Below are positions 7,665 through 17,031 of a DNA stretch of 61,499 nucleotides, in pieces (within the stretch, counting starts at the first letter, position 1; the number at the start of each line of letters is the position of its first letter). This stretch comes from a virus (Duplodnaviria > Caudoviricetes). The stretch is from positions 1-61,499 of IMG/VR virus record IMGVR_UViG_3300031215_000016; one strand, given 5' to 3'. The notes under the pieces are model-generated. The model saw nothing but the letters and a program-made list of their open reading frames with translations. It was not told the DNA's origin and ran no database searches. Both the position numbers and the translations under genes were made by a program.

Positions 7665-9110
7665 TTAAGATTTTTGAGATAGGGTTTCTATTTCGATTTC
7701 AAACTCCTCGGAAAGTTCTTTAGGAACTCTCGGCATTAGGTAAGACTTGCATGCCTTTTCTACACTAAAACCACCAACAACTCTAGTTGTTATAACCTTT
7801 GTGGCTCGTATTGATGGCACATAGTCGTACTCTTTTTCTAGGCAAAGGCTCCTTATTTCTTGGATTATGTTAACAATCGTGTTACATATAGGGTCTGACA
7901 GAGAACCCTTAGAAACATGCTTAACAATAGCCAACTCTACTTCCTTTTTGGGGTAATCAAACTCTATTATGTACATGCGTTCTCTAAGGGCCTCATCAAT
8001 ATTGCTAGTACCTGAGTACTTACCACCAATGTTAGCAGTACCAAAGAACACAGTGCCTTTACCAACTTTGAACTTTTTGTCGGTCGCTTTATAAGCAATA
8101 GGTATTGTTACAGTTCTCCTATCGTCAAGTATCGGGAATAATATGTTGCTTGCGTTCGGGTCAATCCTATTGATTTCGTCACAAAGAACTACTGTGTTTT
8201 CCTTTTTACAGAAAGATGCGAACGGGGCCAAAGAAAAATTAGATGCTCCGTCAAGAAGGGTTAGTTGGCCAAGCAAACCTGATACGGGGTCTGTCATGGT
8301 GCTCATATCTACGTATTCGTAGTTCATGCCTATCTTTCTAGCTAGGTGCTCAATAACTGTTGTTTTTCCAACACCGGAAGGGCCAGTAATTAATGTGGGT
8401 ATATTTTGAAGAGCATTGAAAACTAAGTCGCTCCAAATATCCTTCTCTACAAGGATGTTGTCGTCCTCAAGATTTGGTGTGCTTAGCTTTTTGTCGGTCT
8501 CTATGCGGTGCAGAACTGAACCTGGGGGGGAAGAAGAAGCGATTGTATTTATGACATCCTTAAACACGTAAGTTTCGGGCATATCATCCATTGATGTTTT
8601 TCCCTGAGTTTGCAAATCTAATTCGATTGCTTGGTTCCAAATAACCATATTCTTAAATATGGGAAGATACCTAGAGGACATCTCGTCAATTTTGGGTGTG
8701 TCAAGAAGGGGAGTAAAATTGTTATCCTCTGTAACTAAGTAAGAATGGTCACTGTCTATTCTAATACTACCCTTAGATATGTTTTCCTCTAAATCCTTTC
8801 TATCTATTAAGGTTAGAATTGTTTTTGGCCCGTCTATACACTTAGGCTTTATAATTTCTGTAAGAGATATATCGCAATTTGTGGGGTAGCTATTAACCTG
8901 AGCCACAATGGGGTATTCAAAAATATAATCTACTTTATCACCTATTTTTTTGATACTAACGTTTGCATATTGAAAGGGGCGAACTTCCCACTTTGGTAGC
9001 CAACGGGCATCTTGCCTATCTTGAAGAACAACCAATATAGGTGTTTTATTTAAGAGTATTTTTTTGGCCCTCTTTGCAGCCACGGGTACTACCTTATTTA
9101 TTGTCGGCAT
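7665..9110 (-). CDS. MoxR/CobS-like AAA+ ATPase
   Basis: GPSGVGKT Walker A, LCDEINR Walker B, GTAN sensor 1, DEALRER arginine finger. Confidence 0.9.
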   Translation of the reverse strand: MPTINKVVPVAAKRAKKILLNKTPILVVLQDRQDARWLPKWEVRPFQYANVSIKKIGDKVDYIFEYPIVAQVNSYPTNCDISLTEIIKPKCIDGPKTILTLIDRKDLEENISKGSIRIDSDHSYLVTEDNNFTPLLDTPKIDEMSSRYLPIFKNMVIWNQAIELDLQTQGKTSMDDMPETYVFKDVINTIASSSPPGSVLHRIETDKKLSTPNLEDDNILVEKDIWSDLVFNALQNIPTLITGPSGVGKTTVIEHLARKIGMNYEYVDMSTMTDPVSGLLGQLTLLDGASNFSLAPFASFCKKENTVVLCDEINRIDPNASNILFPILDDRRTVTIPIAYKATDKKFKVGKGTVFFGTANIGGKYSGTSNIDEALRERMYIIEFDYPKKEVELAIVKHVSKGSLSDPICNTIVNIIQEIRSLCLEKEYDYVPSIRATKVITTRVVGGFSVEKACKSYLMPRVPKELSEEFEIEIETLSQKS

Positions 9111-9187
9111 TTGTCAGAAACTTTAATTTGTTAGTTATTTTGTTACACTACTAATATAGGGAAGAAAAAGTGTTTAAAAAAAATTTC

Positions 9188-9391
9188 TTAAAACCTTAAT
9201 TCTAGCGGAACTCTGTTGTTCATTTTGTGACAAAGAGTTTCTATCCTGTCTTTGCTGCGGCACTTGCTTCTTGTTTTTTTATGCAGTCTACTACTGTTAT
9301 TAGGCATAAACACCTCAACAAGTTTGTATTCTTTTTCTGTCGGCTTTACAATGTACTTTACTTTTAAAATGCCTTTGGTTGGTACTCTCAT
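9188..9391 (-). CDS. Hypothetical basic protein
   Basis: ORF coupled to the upstream gene (ATGA overlap). Confidence 0.55.
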   Translation of the reverse strand: MRVPTKGILKVKYIVKPTEKEYKLVEVFMPNNSSRLHKKTRSKCRSKDRIETLCHKMNNRVPLELRF

Positions 9392-9729
9392 TTCTCTGTT
9401 TTGAATTTATTGACGATAGCTTCTAGGTCACTTAGTTTTATTACCGCTAATTCTAAATCGTCATTTTCAAACTCTATAACGAAAGACGGCATTTGAGTTA
9501 CCTTTGTTCTTGATTCTAGTTTTCTCCACTCTTCTACGGTTAGTCTGTAACCCTTTCCATAGGTTATTTTAGCTTCTATACTTACATCAGCACTAACGAC
9601 ATCGTTTTCTCCGAACGTGGCGCCAGAGTTAATCGTCTTGTTTGCTTTGAACTTGTTAGCTAAAGAAGTTTCTTGCTTGTCAGACCTCTCTCTAGTTGTC
9701 TTTTCTTTGAACCATTTTGGCTTGCTCAT
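9388..9729 (-). CDS. Second Holliday junction resolvase-like PD-(D/E)XK nuclease
   Basis: KQETSLA...NSGA...NDV...IEAK; directly downstream of recA. Confidence 0.75.
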   Translation of the reverse strand: MSKPKWFKEKTTRERSDKQETSLANKFKANKTINSGATFGENDVVSADVSIEAKITYGKGYRLTVEEWRKLESRTKVTQMPSFVIEFENDDLELAVIKLSDLEAIVNKFKTEK

Positions 9730-9736
9730 ACCACTA

Positions 9737-10879
9737 TTATAAGGAATGTATTTTAGGAATTTCTGCGTAAATTTCGTCCTCTAATATTTCGTAGTACTCG
9801 CTGCTAAGTATTTTGTCAACGAAAGCATCAAACCCTTGTATCTTTAGGTCTTGGTATGAAAACCAACCACCAGCTCTTTTTATAAAACCTAAAGTAGAAG
9901 CAACTTCAATCATCTGTGAAGGTATATCAATAGTGTTAGCTTTTTGAGTTCCTGTGGGTTGTAGGTTATAAAAATATGAAGACTTTAGACCTCTCACACC
10001 AAGTTTATTTTTTAAGCATGTAAGACTTACAGAATAACCTGAGTAGTTAAGAGGGGTTTCTTTGTTTTCGGCAGACTCAAATTTGAGGGCGTTAAACCTA
10101 ATTGATATGGTTTTGGCGAGCTTTAATTGATTTCCATTTTTTATTTGCTCAGGGTTGCCCATAGAAAATCCAACCTTTTCATAAGCACTGTTTATCATCA
10201 TAAGTGTGCCGCACTTTTCTGGGTTTTTATTTATGGCGTTTTGAAGCTTTCTAACGGATTTGTTCCAAAACCTAGCAGTAGAACTCATTTGGTCTTTTTC
10301 CATGCTGTTCTCTACCTCTGTCTTGTCTCCTATAGCGCTCATAGAGTCAAAAACGACTAAGGAGTTGCTAGGGTCTCCTAAAAGTAGCTCAGTAATGTCT
10401 ACCGCTTGCTCTAAGCTTTGCGGCATTATGTGGATTAAATTGTCATTGTCTATTCCGTGTTTTTCCCCCCAACTTTTCGTGTAAGTTCCCTCAACATCAA
10501 CTAAAGCACAGGTTTTTGTGTTTTTTGGATTTTCCTGCAATGACCACCTTCCTGGCAACCAATCTATTTTTTGAAACTGAGATATTGCCTTATATGCCGA
10601 TAAAGACTTGGTTGATGAAAAAGCACCGAAATGCTCAATTATCCTTCCTACCGGTATAAAATTAGTTATGTAGTCTAGTGCCGGTAATCCGTAAGGAACC
10701 TTAAAAACGTTAGCTGTCTCCGAAGCTATACTCACTACATCTGCACCGCAATGCTTGTTTATATCCGTAATGAGTTTCTTTAGGTCATTTTTTTTCTTAG
10801 TTTTACTAGGGCTGTCTGAAGAAATTGCAACTGATTTTTTAGAGGTTGATTTTTTGTCGGAAGTCTTTTTTGTTGGCAT
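9737..10879 (-). CDS. recA: RecA/UvsX-like recombinase
   Basis: GRIIEHFGAFSSTKS (variant Walker A), VDVEG, VVFDS, KNK and IKRAGGWFSY. Confidence 0.9.
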   Translation of the reverse strand: MPTKKTSDKKSTSKKSVAISSDSPSKTKKKNDLKKLITDINKHCGADVVSIASETANVFKVPYGLPALDYITNFIPVGRIIEHFGAFSSTKSLSAYKAISQFQKIDWLPGRWSLQENPKNTKTCALVDVEGTYTKSWGEKHGIDNDNLIHIMPQSLEQAVDITELLLGDPSNSLVVFDSMSAIGDKTEVENSMEKDQMSSTARFWNKSVRKLQNAINKNPEKCGTLMMINSAYEKVGFSMGNPEQIKNGNQLKLAKTISIRFNALKFESAENKETPLNYSGYSVSLTCLKNKLGVRGLKSSYFYNLQPTGTQKANTIDIPSQMIEVASTLGFIKRAGGWFSYQDLKIQGFDAFVDKILSSEYYEILEDEIYAEIPKIHSL

Positions 10880-12758
10880 GTAGTATGTAATTTATTTTAA
10901 ACGGGTTAACTCTATTCTTAAACAAATGTCTTTGGTTGTTGGAGTCGTCTTTACCTTCACCATAACTATTAACAACGTTGGGTTTGGCAGAAAATTTACT
11001 TCTCATTTCTATGGCGTTTTCCATATTGAATTGAACAACCTTACAAACTTCTTCTACGTGGTCTAGGTTGGTTACGTCAACACCCAGTTCGTCATGCACA
11101 GATAAAACGACAGTAGCGGATAGGTTTCTCTTTTTTATCTCTCTAAATATCTTGACCATGGCCATTTTAACTTGAATAGCTGCGGAACCCTGTATACTAG
11201 TGTTCACGGCTCTTCTTAAACAAGCGTTTCTAAACTTCTTATTGTCTATGTCAGGAAATCTTCTAATGGCTCCCATCGGGGTTCTGATGTACTTGTTTCT
11301 TATAGCAAAAGCTTCAACCGCATTTTTCCATGGCAATAACTTAGGAAAGGCATTATAATATTTTTTAATATAGCTCTCAGCAACCGCAACACTAACTCTT
11401 AGTAAGGATGCTAGATTTGATATTGACAGCCCATAGAATATACCAAAACCAACGGCTTTAGCATCTTTTCTGGTGATGTCACACATATCAGCTACCCATT
11501 GGTGTATGTCTTCTCTCCTCTCAAAAACGGCCAACATGTTTTCGTCTCTGGAAGCGTGAGCAGCTATTGCATATTCTTGAGCATCGAAGTCACACATTAT
11601 AAGTCGGCCCCCCTTAGTAGGCACGAAGGCGTGTCTTATTCTAAACTTATCGTCAGAAGATAGATTCTGTAAGTTAGGATTGGATGAACTGAATCGTAAA
11701 GTGGATGTACCCGTAGAGTTTAGGTTTCCACGAAGTCTGCCATCAGAATCAATAAGTTTTTGTATGCCTAATGCGTAAGTAGATAGCGCTTTTGAATACT
11801 CTGAGTAAGTGAGTAGATGCTCTGCTATTTTATGGCCTTGAGACCCTAAACTCTTAATTACTTTTTCATCGGTAGCGTATTGACCGCTTTTTGTTCTTCC
11901 CTTATTAGGTAAGCCCATAACTTCAAACAAAACTTTTCCCTTTTGTGCGGGAGAATTTATGTTGAATTCACAACCAGCTTCATCGTATATTTTCTGCTCT
12001 AGCTCGGTTAATTCTTCTTGAATCAAATTAGCGGAGTTGACTAATTCTTGCTTGTCTATTCGTATACCTGTGACTTGCGCTTCTACTAAACACTCAATAA
12101 GGGGTATTTCTACATTCTCGTATATGTTGTAAAGTTTTTTGTCGGCCAAAAGTAAGGGGTGATAATGCTCAAAAAGTAGGTGGGTGTACCAAACGTCTTC
12201 GGCTGCGTATAGCCCTGAGTTTTCTTTGGTTATCTTGCCAGAATCTTGGAGTTTTTTAAAATTTCTTAATATGGTTGCCCACTTGTTCCCAACCATCTCT
12301 TCAAAGCTCTCTTTGTGGATGCCTAAATCTTCATAAACTCTAGTTTCCATTTTAAGCGGTTGGTCAGGGTCGTATAAGTGCATCAGAATTATAGAGTCGT
12401 GCACAAAGTTTATCTTCTTTGTGAACCCCTGACCAATAAGTATGCACCAATCAAATTTAAAATTTTGGCCAGCTATTGGGAAATTTTCAAGTACGGGGTT
12501 AAGAACTTTTATGATTGAAATCATAGGGATGCCTTCAAAAAACACAGACTGAGGAAAAATAGAAACGGCATCATTACCTGGTTGGTAAACAGATATAATC
12601 CAAGCTTCTGCGGAGTAAACGTCTAAGGAAGTGGTTTCTGTGTCTACATAGGTAATGGTGTTGGGGTCTAAACTGTCTACGTAATCTTTTAGCTCAGATA
12701 GCTCGTCTATGTTTCTTATATTTGGTTTCCTCATGTTGGCTAAATTGAAAGCCCCCAA
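10839..12758 (-). CDS. polA: Family A DNA polymerase with 3'-5' exonuclease, no 5'-3' exonuclease (alternative ATG start at 12734)
   Basis: YVDTETT ExoI, FNINSPAQ, RFSSSNPNLQN, motif A DFDAQE, motif B RKDAKAVGFGIFYG, motif C VHDEL. Confidence 0.95.
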   Translation of the reverse strand: MGAFNLANMRKPNIRNIDELSELKDYVDSLDPNTITYVDTETTSLDVYSAEAWIISVYQPGNDAVSIFPQSVFFEGIPMISIIKVLNPVLENFPIAGQNFKFDWCILIGQGFTKKINFVHDSIILMHLYDPDQPLKMETRVYEDLGIHKESFEEMVGNKWATILRNFKKLQDSGKITKENSGLYAAEDVWYTHLLFEHYHPLLLADKKLYNIYENVEIPLIECLVEAQVTGIRIDKQELVNSANLIQEELTELEQKIYDEAGCEFNINSPAQKGKVLFEVMGLPNKGRTKSGQYATDEKVIKSLGSQGHKIAEHLLTYSEYSKALSTYALGIQKLIDSDGRLRGNLNSTGTSTLRFSSSNPNLQNLSSDDKFRIRHAFVPTKGGRLIMCDFDAQEYAIAAHASRDENMLAVFERREDIHQWVADMCDITRKDAKAVGFGIFYGLSISNLASLLRVSVAVAESYIKKYYNAFPKLLPWKNAVEAFAIRNKYIRTPMGAIRRFPDIDNKKFRNACLRRAVNTSIQGSAAIQVKMAMVKIFREIKKRNLSATVVLSVHDELGVDVTNLDHVEEVCKVVQFNMENAIEMRSKFSAKPNVVNSYGEGKDDSNNQRHLFKNRVNPFKINYILHANKKDFRQKINL

Positions 12759-12790
12759 AGTTTAGTAATTCTTTGAGGGCTTTTTTAGAA

Positions 12791-13672
12791 TTAGTATTTT
12801 GCTTCACTGAAACCCATATCTGCGAGTTCTTCATTGCTTTTGGCTGCGTAAACGTCAGCGGTGGCATCTTTTTTAGGTTCAAACTCTATTGGCTCATAAA
12901 CCACGTTGTTTTTGTCCATGGCCATTTCTATGTTGTAAGACGTCTCTTTTCCTGAACCAGAACGAGTAATACCTAAAACAATTTCATCTAGGGCAACCCC
13001 TTTTTTCTTGATAAAAGTATGTATTTGCTTAGCTAGGGTCATACCAGTAACCCATATTTTTTCGATGGGCTCATCCCACTTATGGTCTTCTTTAGCTTTG
13101 TCATAATTACCTCTGTAATCAATAAGCTTAAATGCCACAGCGGTTGTAGATTTTATGCCCTCGTTACACATAAGGCAATTTCTTTGAAAAGATTTTTGGC
13201 AAGGCTCTTTCTGAAAAGAACCGCCAGTCATAATGCTATGAGCTTCAAAGATAAAGGGCTCTTTGTCTAACATTTGAACTTCGGCATACTCACCGTCAGT
13301 CATGTAAAAATCTCTGGGGGTCTGAGCGCGTCTTTCTTTTTCTTTTTCAATCTGTTCATGCTTCTTGTTTAGATACGCCCAACCAGAACCAGAAACACTT
13401 TCTAAACCTTCTTCCTGCTCTTCTAAGCTTGGCTCTTGTTTTGGTGGGGAAGTTTTATTGGCTTTAGTACTTATAGGGCTGTCTGAAGAACTAGCGGCCC
13501 CACGTCTTGAACCTCTACTTGAGGTAGGCTCAGGTCTTCTGCTCGCTCTGTTGGGTATTTGTCTTTCGTTGGTTTCTTCTTGCCCCTCTTCTTGGAATCG
13601 AGGACGTGAACCACGGGTGCTTGTAGCTCTTCTTGGGCTACTGCTTTCTTCTGGTCTTCTTCTTGTTGGCAT
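12791..13672 (-). CDS. Single-stranded DNA-binding protein (gp32-like) with a long disordered N-terminus
   Basis: H...C...CLMC putative zinc site, ITRSGSGKETSY motif, position between primase and polymerase. Confidence 0.65.
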   Translation of the reverse strand: MPTRRRPEESSSPRRATSTRGSRPRFQEEGQEETNERQIPNRASRRPEPTSSRGSRRGAASSSDSPISTKANKTSPPKQEPSLEEQEEGLESVSGSGWAYLNKKHEQIEKEKERRAQTPRDFYMTDGEYAEVQMLDKEPFIFEAHSIMTGGSFQKEPCQKSFQRNCLMCNEGIKSTTAVAFKLIDYRGNYDKAKEDHKWDEPIEKIWVTGMTLAKQIHTFIKKKGVALDEIVLGITRSGSGKETSYNIEMAMDKNNVVYEPIEFEPKKDATADVYAAKSNEELADMGFSEAKY

Positions 13673-13717
13673 TTTTGTTACAATTTATGGTTACTATAAT
13701 ATACTAAAAATTTTTGG

Positions 13718-14746
13718 TTAAAGATGAACCTTTTTAAAACCTCTGCTGATTAATTTTCTTTTGGATTTTTCTTTTATCTCTTCGTAGTTATCAATGTTTT
13801 CATACATACCCATGCTATACGATAGATAGTCTAGTGCGGAGTAGTATGATTCTTCCCAAGAGTCGAGGTCACAATCGTCTGGGTCTTCCCCCGGATATAC
13901 TATGAAATTGACTTCATAATCAAATTTTAAATAGAAGTGAATAATCTCTTTTGCTATAAAACCTGGGTCATCATTATCAGTCGCAATATAAACTTTTTTT
14001 AGATTTGGAAACTTTTTAGCCAGTCTATTCTTATGGTGTTTTGTGAATTCTGTTCCCAATAGACCAACAACTGCGTAACCTTTATAGTGAGTAGACCAAA
14101 CGTCAGTAAACCCCTCAACGATAGTAATCTCTTCGGTTTTTGGGTCTACTAAGTCTTCCCCATATAAAAACCCAGTCTTGTCAAAATCAGTAGACCAAAT
14201 CTCTTTAAGGCCATCTTTTTTAATGCGTATGAACTGAACGCCACAAACGTTACCACCTTGTATGAATGGGATGTGAATAGTGGGCTTGGGTGGAAGAGAC
14301 TTTTTAATCTCTAAAGGCGATTTTTTAAGCATTTCACCCACTTTAAACTCTTTTAGTTGTTCTGGGCTAAATCCCCTGTCCACGTAATACTGTGGGGGCT
14401 TAGTCGGAATTATACCATCAAAGCTAGTGAGAGAATCTCCATGTGCAGCGTTTACTTTGTTGTAATCCTCAAAGTCTCCCTCGTTAACTGAGATGTTTAC
14501 TGAATCTATCGCATCAAAAGCACTCAAACCAAGTCTGCTGGTTAGGGCGTGCACAAGCGTACCACTACTTTGGCAAGAAAAACAATGATACCAGTTTTCA
14601 TCCTCACTTATAAACATAGAATTTCTGCCTGTACCATCTGTGTGGTTCTCTTCAAAGAAACAACGCATTCTGTATTGGCCTGGGAAAGATATTCTAGGTT
14701 TAGGGTTGTAGTCTTTAAAAATAGTCTCTATGTCTTTTTTAGCCAT
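13718..14746 (-). CDS. DNA primase (zinc finger + TOPRIM)
   Basis: C..H..HCFSC zinc-binding domain, IVEGFTD and ATDNDDPG TOPRIM motifs. Confidence 0.93.
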   Translation of the reverse strand: MAKKDIETIFKDYNPKPRISFPGQYRMRCFFEENHTDGTGRNSMFISEDENWYHCFSCQSSGTLVHALTSRLGLSAFDAIDSVNISVNEGDFEDYNKVNAAHGDSLTSFDGIIPTKPPQYYVDRGFSPEQLKEFKVGEMLKKSPLEIKKSLPPKPTIHIPFIQGGNVCGVQFIRIKKDGLKEIWSTDFDKTGFLYGEDLVDPKTEEITIVEGFTDVWSTHYKGYAVVGLLGTEFTKHHKNRLAKKFPNLKKVYIATDNDDPGFIAKEIIHFYLKFDYEVNFIVYPGEDPDDCDLDSWEESYYSALDYLSYSMGMYENIDNYEEIKEKSKRKLISRGFKKVHL

Positions 14747-14752
14747 GGCAGT

Positions 14753-15220
14753 TTAGTTGTTGTATTTGTCCTTTAAGAAAGTAAGTAATGCTTTCATCGA
14801 CTTCTCGGAATTGGCGAGGTTGTCTGTTACAGCTTTGAGCAATCTCTCTTCTGCGTTCTTTGTCTTCTTATTCATTATGGCTTGCTCCATTAAAACCTTT
14901 TGAATATTATTTAAGGCGTTAAATAGTCGCGCCACAAAGAATAAGGTTGGAACTATTGAGACAGACACCAATACCATAAAATAGTTAGTTATATTTTGGG
15001 CGCCATATACAATTATCGGTAAAGGAAGACAGGCACTTATGAGCACCAGAAAAAGTAAGTAAATAATGTTTTTGTTAAGCCTTTTGATTAGTGGTGGCTT
15101 GACTTCTTGTACGTCTCTTTCGGGACTTGATTTTTTGGCTGCTTCTTCTGCATACCTCTGAAAATCGTCTATAAACTCTTTTTCGGGGTTTCTAGGTGTT
15201 ATATCATTTTCTGTGCCCAT
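14753..15220 (-). CDS. Membrane protein with two predicted TM helices and a coiled coil
   Basis: Hydrophobic stretches IIYLLFLVLISACLPLPIIVYG and YFMVLVSVSIVPTLFFVA. Confidence 0.7.
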   Translation of the reverse strand: MGTENDITPRNPEKEFIDDFQRYAEEAAKKSSPERDVQEVKPPLIKRLNKNIIYLLFLVLISACLPLPIIVYGAQNITNYFMVLVSVSIVPTLFFVARLFNALNNIQKVLMEQAIMNKKTKNAEERLLKAVTDNLANSEKSMKALLTFLKDKYNN

Positions 15221-15705
15221 AGTGTTTTAAATTTATCGTTACCTAACATATTGATTTCGGTTCTAGCTTCTCTTATTTTTTCGCTGAGCGTTTCTTTGAA
15301 TATGGCATCAGTGATGTTGTGTCGTTTTAAAAACCGCCTAAAGTCTGCTCTAACAGTTGCGGGGGATGTACTATCTGTTCGCATAACACACGCACCAGTT
15401 ATCGGCTCTGTAAGGGTGTATTTCTGGGACGCTGTATGCCCCTTAGCAAATAAATTGGGGGTTAAGTATAGATTTAATCCACACACACTAAAAGCGCATA
15501 CAGGCTTTACTGTATACCTAGTCGAGTGGGAGTAGGGTTCTTTGTGTTCTGCTAAATTAGAAGATTTAGTGTTCACAATTACCGTTACGAACAGAGGTTC
15601 TTTTGTTTTTATTATACTAATCATTTTAATTTTTGTTTTTGGGTCTAAAATGCATATTATATTTGGGTCTAAGCGAGTGTTTTTTATCCGGGGGTTATGC
15701 GGCAT
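15199..15705 (-). CDS. Hypothetical protein
   Basis: ORF in the operon. Confidence 0.65.
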   Translation of the reverse strand: MPHNPRIKNTRLDPNIICILDPKTKIKMISIIKTKEPLFVTVIVNTKSSNLAEHKEPYSHSTRYTVKPVCAFSVCGLNLYLTPNLFAKGHTASQKYTLTEPITGACVMRTDSTSPATVRADFRRFLKRHNITDAIFKETLSEKIREARTEINMLGNDKFKTLWAQKMI

Positions 15706-15770
15706 TAGTTATCTTCATTTTCACGCTGTTTAAGCTCATCCATCGACTCTGGCGTTGGTGGGTAGTTCAC
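15705..15770 (-). CDS. Possible 21-aa mini-ORF (MNYPPTPESMDELKQRENEDN)
   Basis: GTG 4 nt after the helicase stop; TAA overlaps the next ATG (TAATG). Too short to be sure. Confidence 0.3.
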   Translation of the reverse strand: MNYPPTPESMDELKQRENEDN

Positions 15771-15774
15771 TAAA

Positions 15775-17031
15775 TTAAAGGGTTACAGTATCTTCCTCTA
15801 TATCGAAGTCTTGCTCATATAAATCGAACAACATGTCGCTAAGGCAAAATCTCCAAAAGAACTTTCTGGTTATGTCCATTCTTCGGCCCTTAGCAAACTG
15901 AAGACCAACTTCATCTCGATACTTCATTTGTGCGTTTTGATAAGCGCTAACGGCCAAGTCGGAGTCATTTATAAAAGAGCCGCCAAAAGCAAACTCTTCT
16001 TGTGCATCGAGACTGAATTCAGAAGACTCTTTACCAGAAGAGCGTTTAAGTTGGGTCGTGTTGACAATTGGCTTTCCAGAACTCAAACCAATCGCTTTAA
16101 AGTCTGACGTGACAGATTCTACTCTTTCCCACGTAGCCAGCTTTAAATGCCTATTCATTAAGTAAGAACCATCCACGTAAACTATTGGGGGGTTATACAT
16201 CGCCACTAATGAGTCTAGTTCTTCCGTGCTTCTTACGTTCTGAACCATACGTATTCTTGAGTTTTTTTCGCTCATGTTCTTTAAACCTTCATGATACTTT
16301 TTTTCCATGAAAGGTGTCAAATTACCCCCAAGCAAGTCTCCATAGGGAACACCGAAACGTATTGCATCTGAGCGTTCATTTATCTCCTCAATAGGCATCT
16401 CGTTCGTAACAAACAAAATCTCATTGTCTGTATCGGGCAAAGCATCTTCGGCCAACAAAGCGAGGTATATTAGAAGGAAGGTTTTACCTATACCGGAACG
16501 AGCAGCAAAAGTCCAAACGTCTGATACTTGGTAGCCATAAGTAAGTTCGTCCATAAGTTTGCTGCCCGTTGAGCGGTATAGTATTCCACCAGAGTGCTTT
16601 CTTTCTTCATATTTATCGAATCTGTCTAATGCGGACTCGTGTTGGGTTGTTGATTTGCTGTTCGTTTCTCTAAGCGTGTCGCGCTGTATTAATTTGTTTA
16701 TGTCGCTGAGGGCTTTTCTTGGGTCGTCTCTAACGGTCTTTGAAATCTTGGGTAGCACTTCGGCAATAGATACATATATATGGCGCTCAAATATCTTTGT
16801 CGCGTAGAATTTTGGTTCTGCTGCTGCTTCATCAAAGTCAAACTTTACAGTGGGAAACTCCGAAGAAAGAACTCTTAGGGGCGGTAATTTTTTGTAGTCA
16901 GCATAATAATTTTTGACTACTCTGTAAATGTCAAACTCTAAGTCGTCCCACCAGTCTTCCTGTATCTTGGTTATGTGGGATATGTCTTTTTTTCTGATAG
17001 AGCTAACAATGAGCTTTATGCCATCGGTCAT
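15775..17031 (-). CDS. dnaB: Replicative DnaB-like (SF4) helicase
   Basis: AARSGIGKT Walker A, FVTNEM, VYVDGSYLM Walker B, TQLKR, DSD, KGR. Confidence 0.9.
   Translation of the reverse strand: MTDGIKLIVSSIRKKDISHITKIQEDWWDDLEFDIYRVVKNYYADYKKLPPLRVLSSEFPTVKFDFDEAAAEPKFYATKIFERHIYVSIAEVLPKISKTVRDDPRKALSDINKLIQRDTLRETNSKSTTQHESALDRFDKYEERKHSGGILYRSTGSKLMDELTYGYQVSDVWTFAARSGIGKTFLLIYLALLAEDALPDTDNEILFVTNEMPIEEINERSDAIRFGVPYGDLLGGNLTPFMEKKYHEGLKNMSEKNSRIRMVQNVRSTEELDSLVAMYNPPIVYVDGSYLMNRHLKLATWERVESVTSDFKAIGLSSGKPIVNTTQLKRSSGKESSEFSLDAQEEFAFGGSFINDSDLAVSAYQNAQMKYRDEVGLQFAKGRRMDITRKFFWRFCLSDMLFDLYEQDFDIEEDTVTL

Noticed and set aside
5836-9110. Cobalamin biosynthesis (cobS/cobT) as auxiliary metabolism
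   Set aside because: No cobN or other cob genes; generic MoxR-vWA pairs are often mislabelled this way.
9140-9180. Shared AAACACTTTT...CTATATT(A/T)G motif with 49271-49290 as a phage-specific promoter
   Set aside because: Only two clear instances with different spacing in AT-rich DNA; cannot be distinguished from chance without a motif search.
15738-15765. Hairpin with G-U pairs valid only on the + strand
   Set aside because: Weak 10-bp stem without a U-tract, overlapping a possible mini-ORF; insufficient support.
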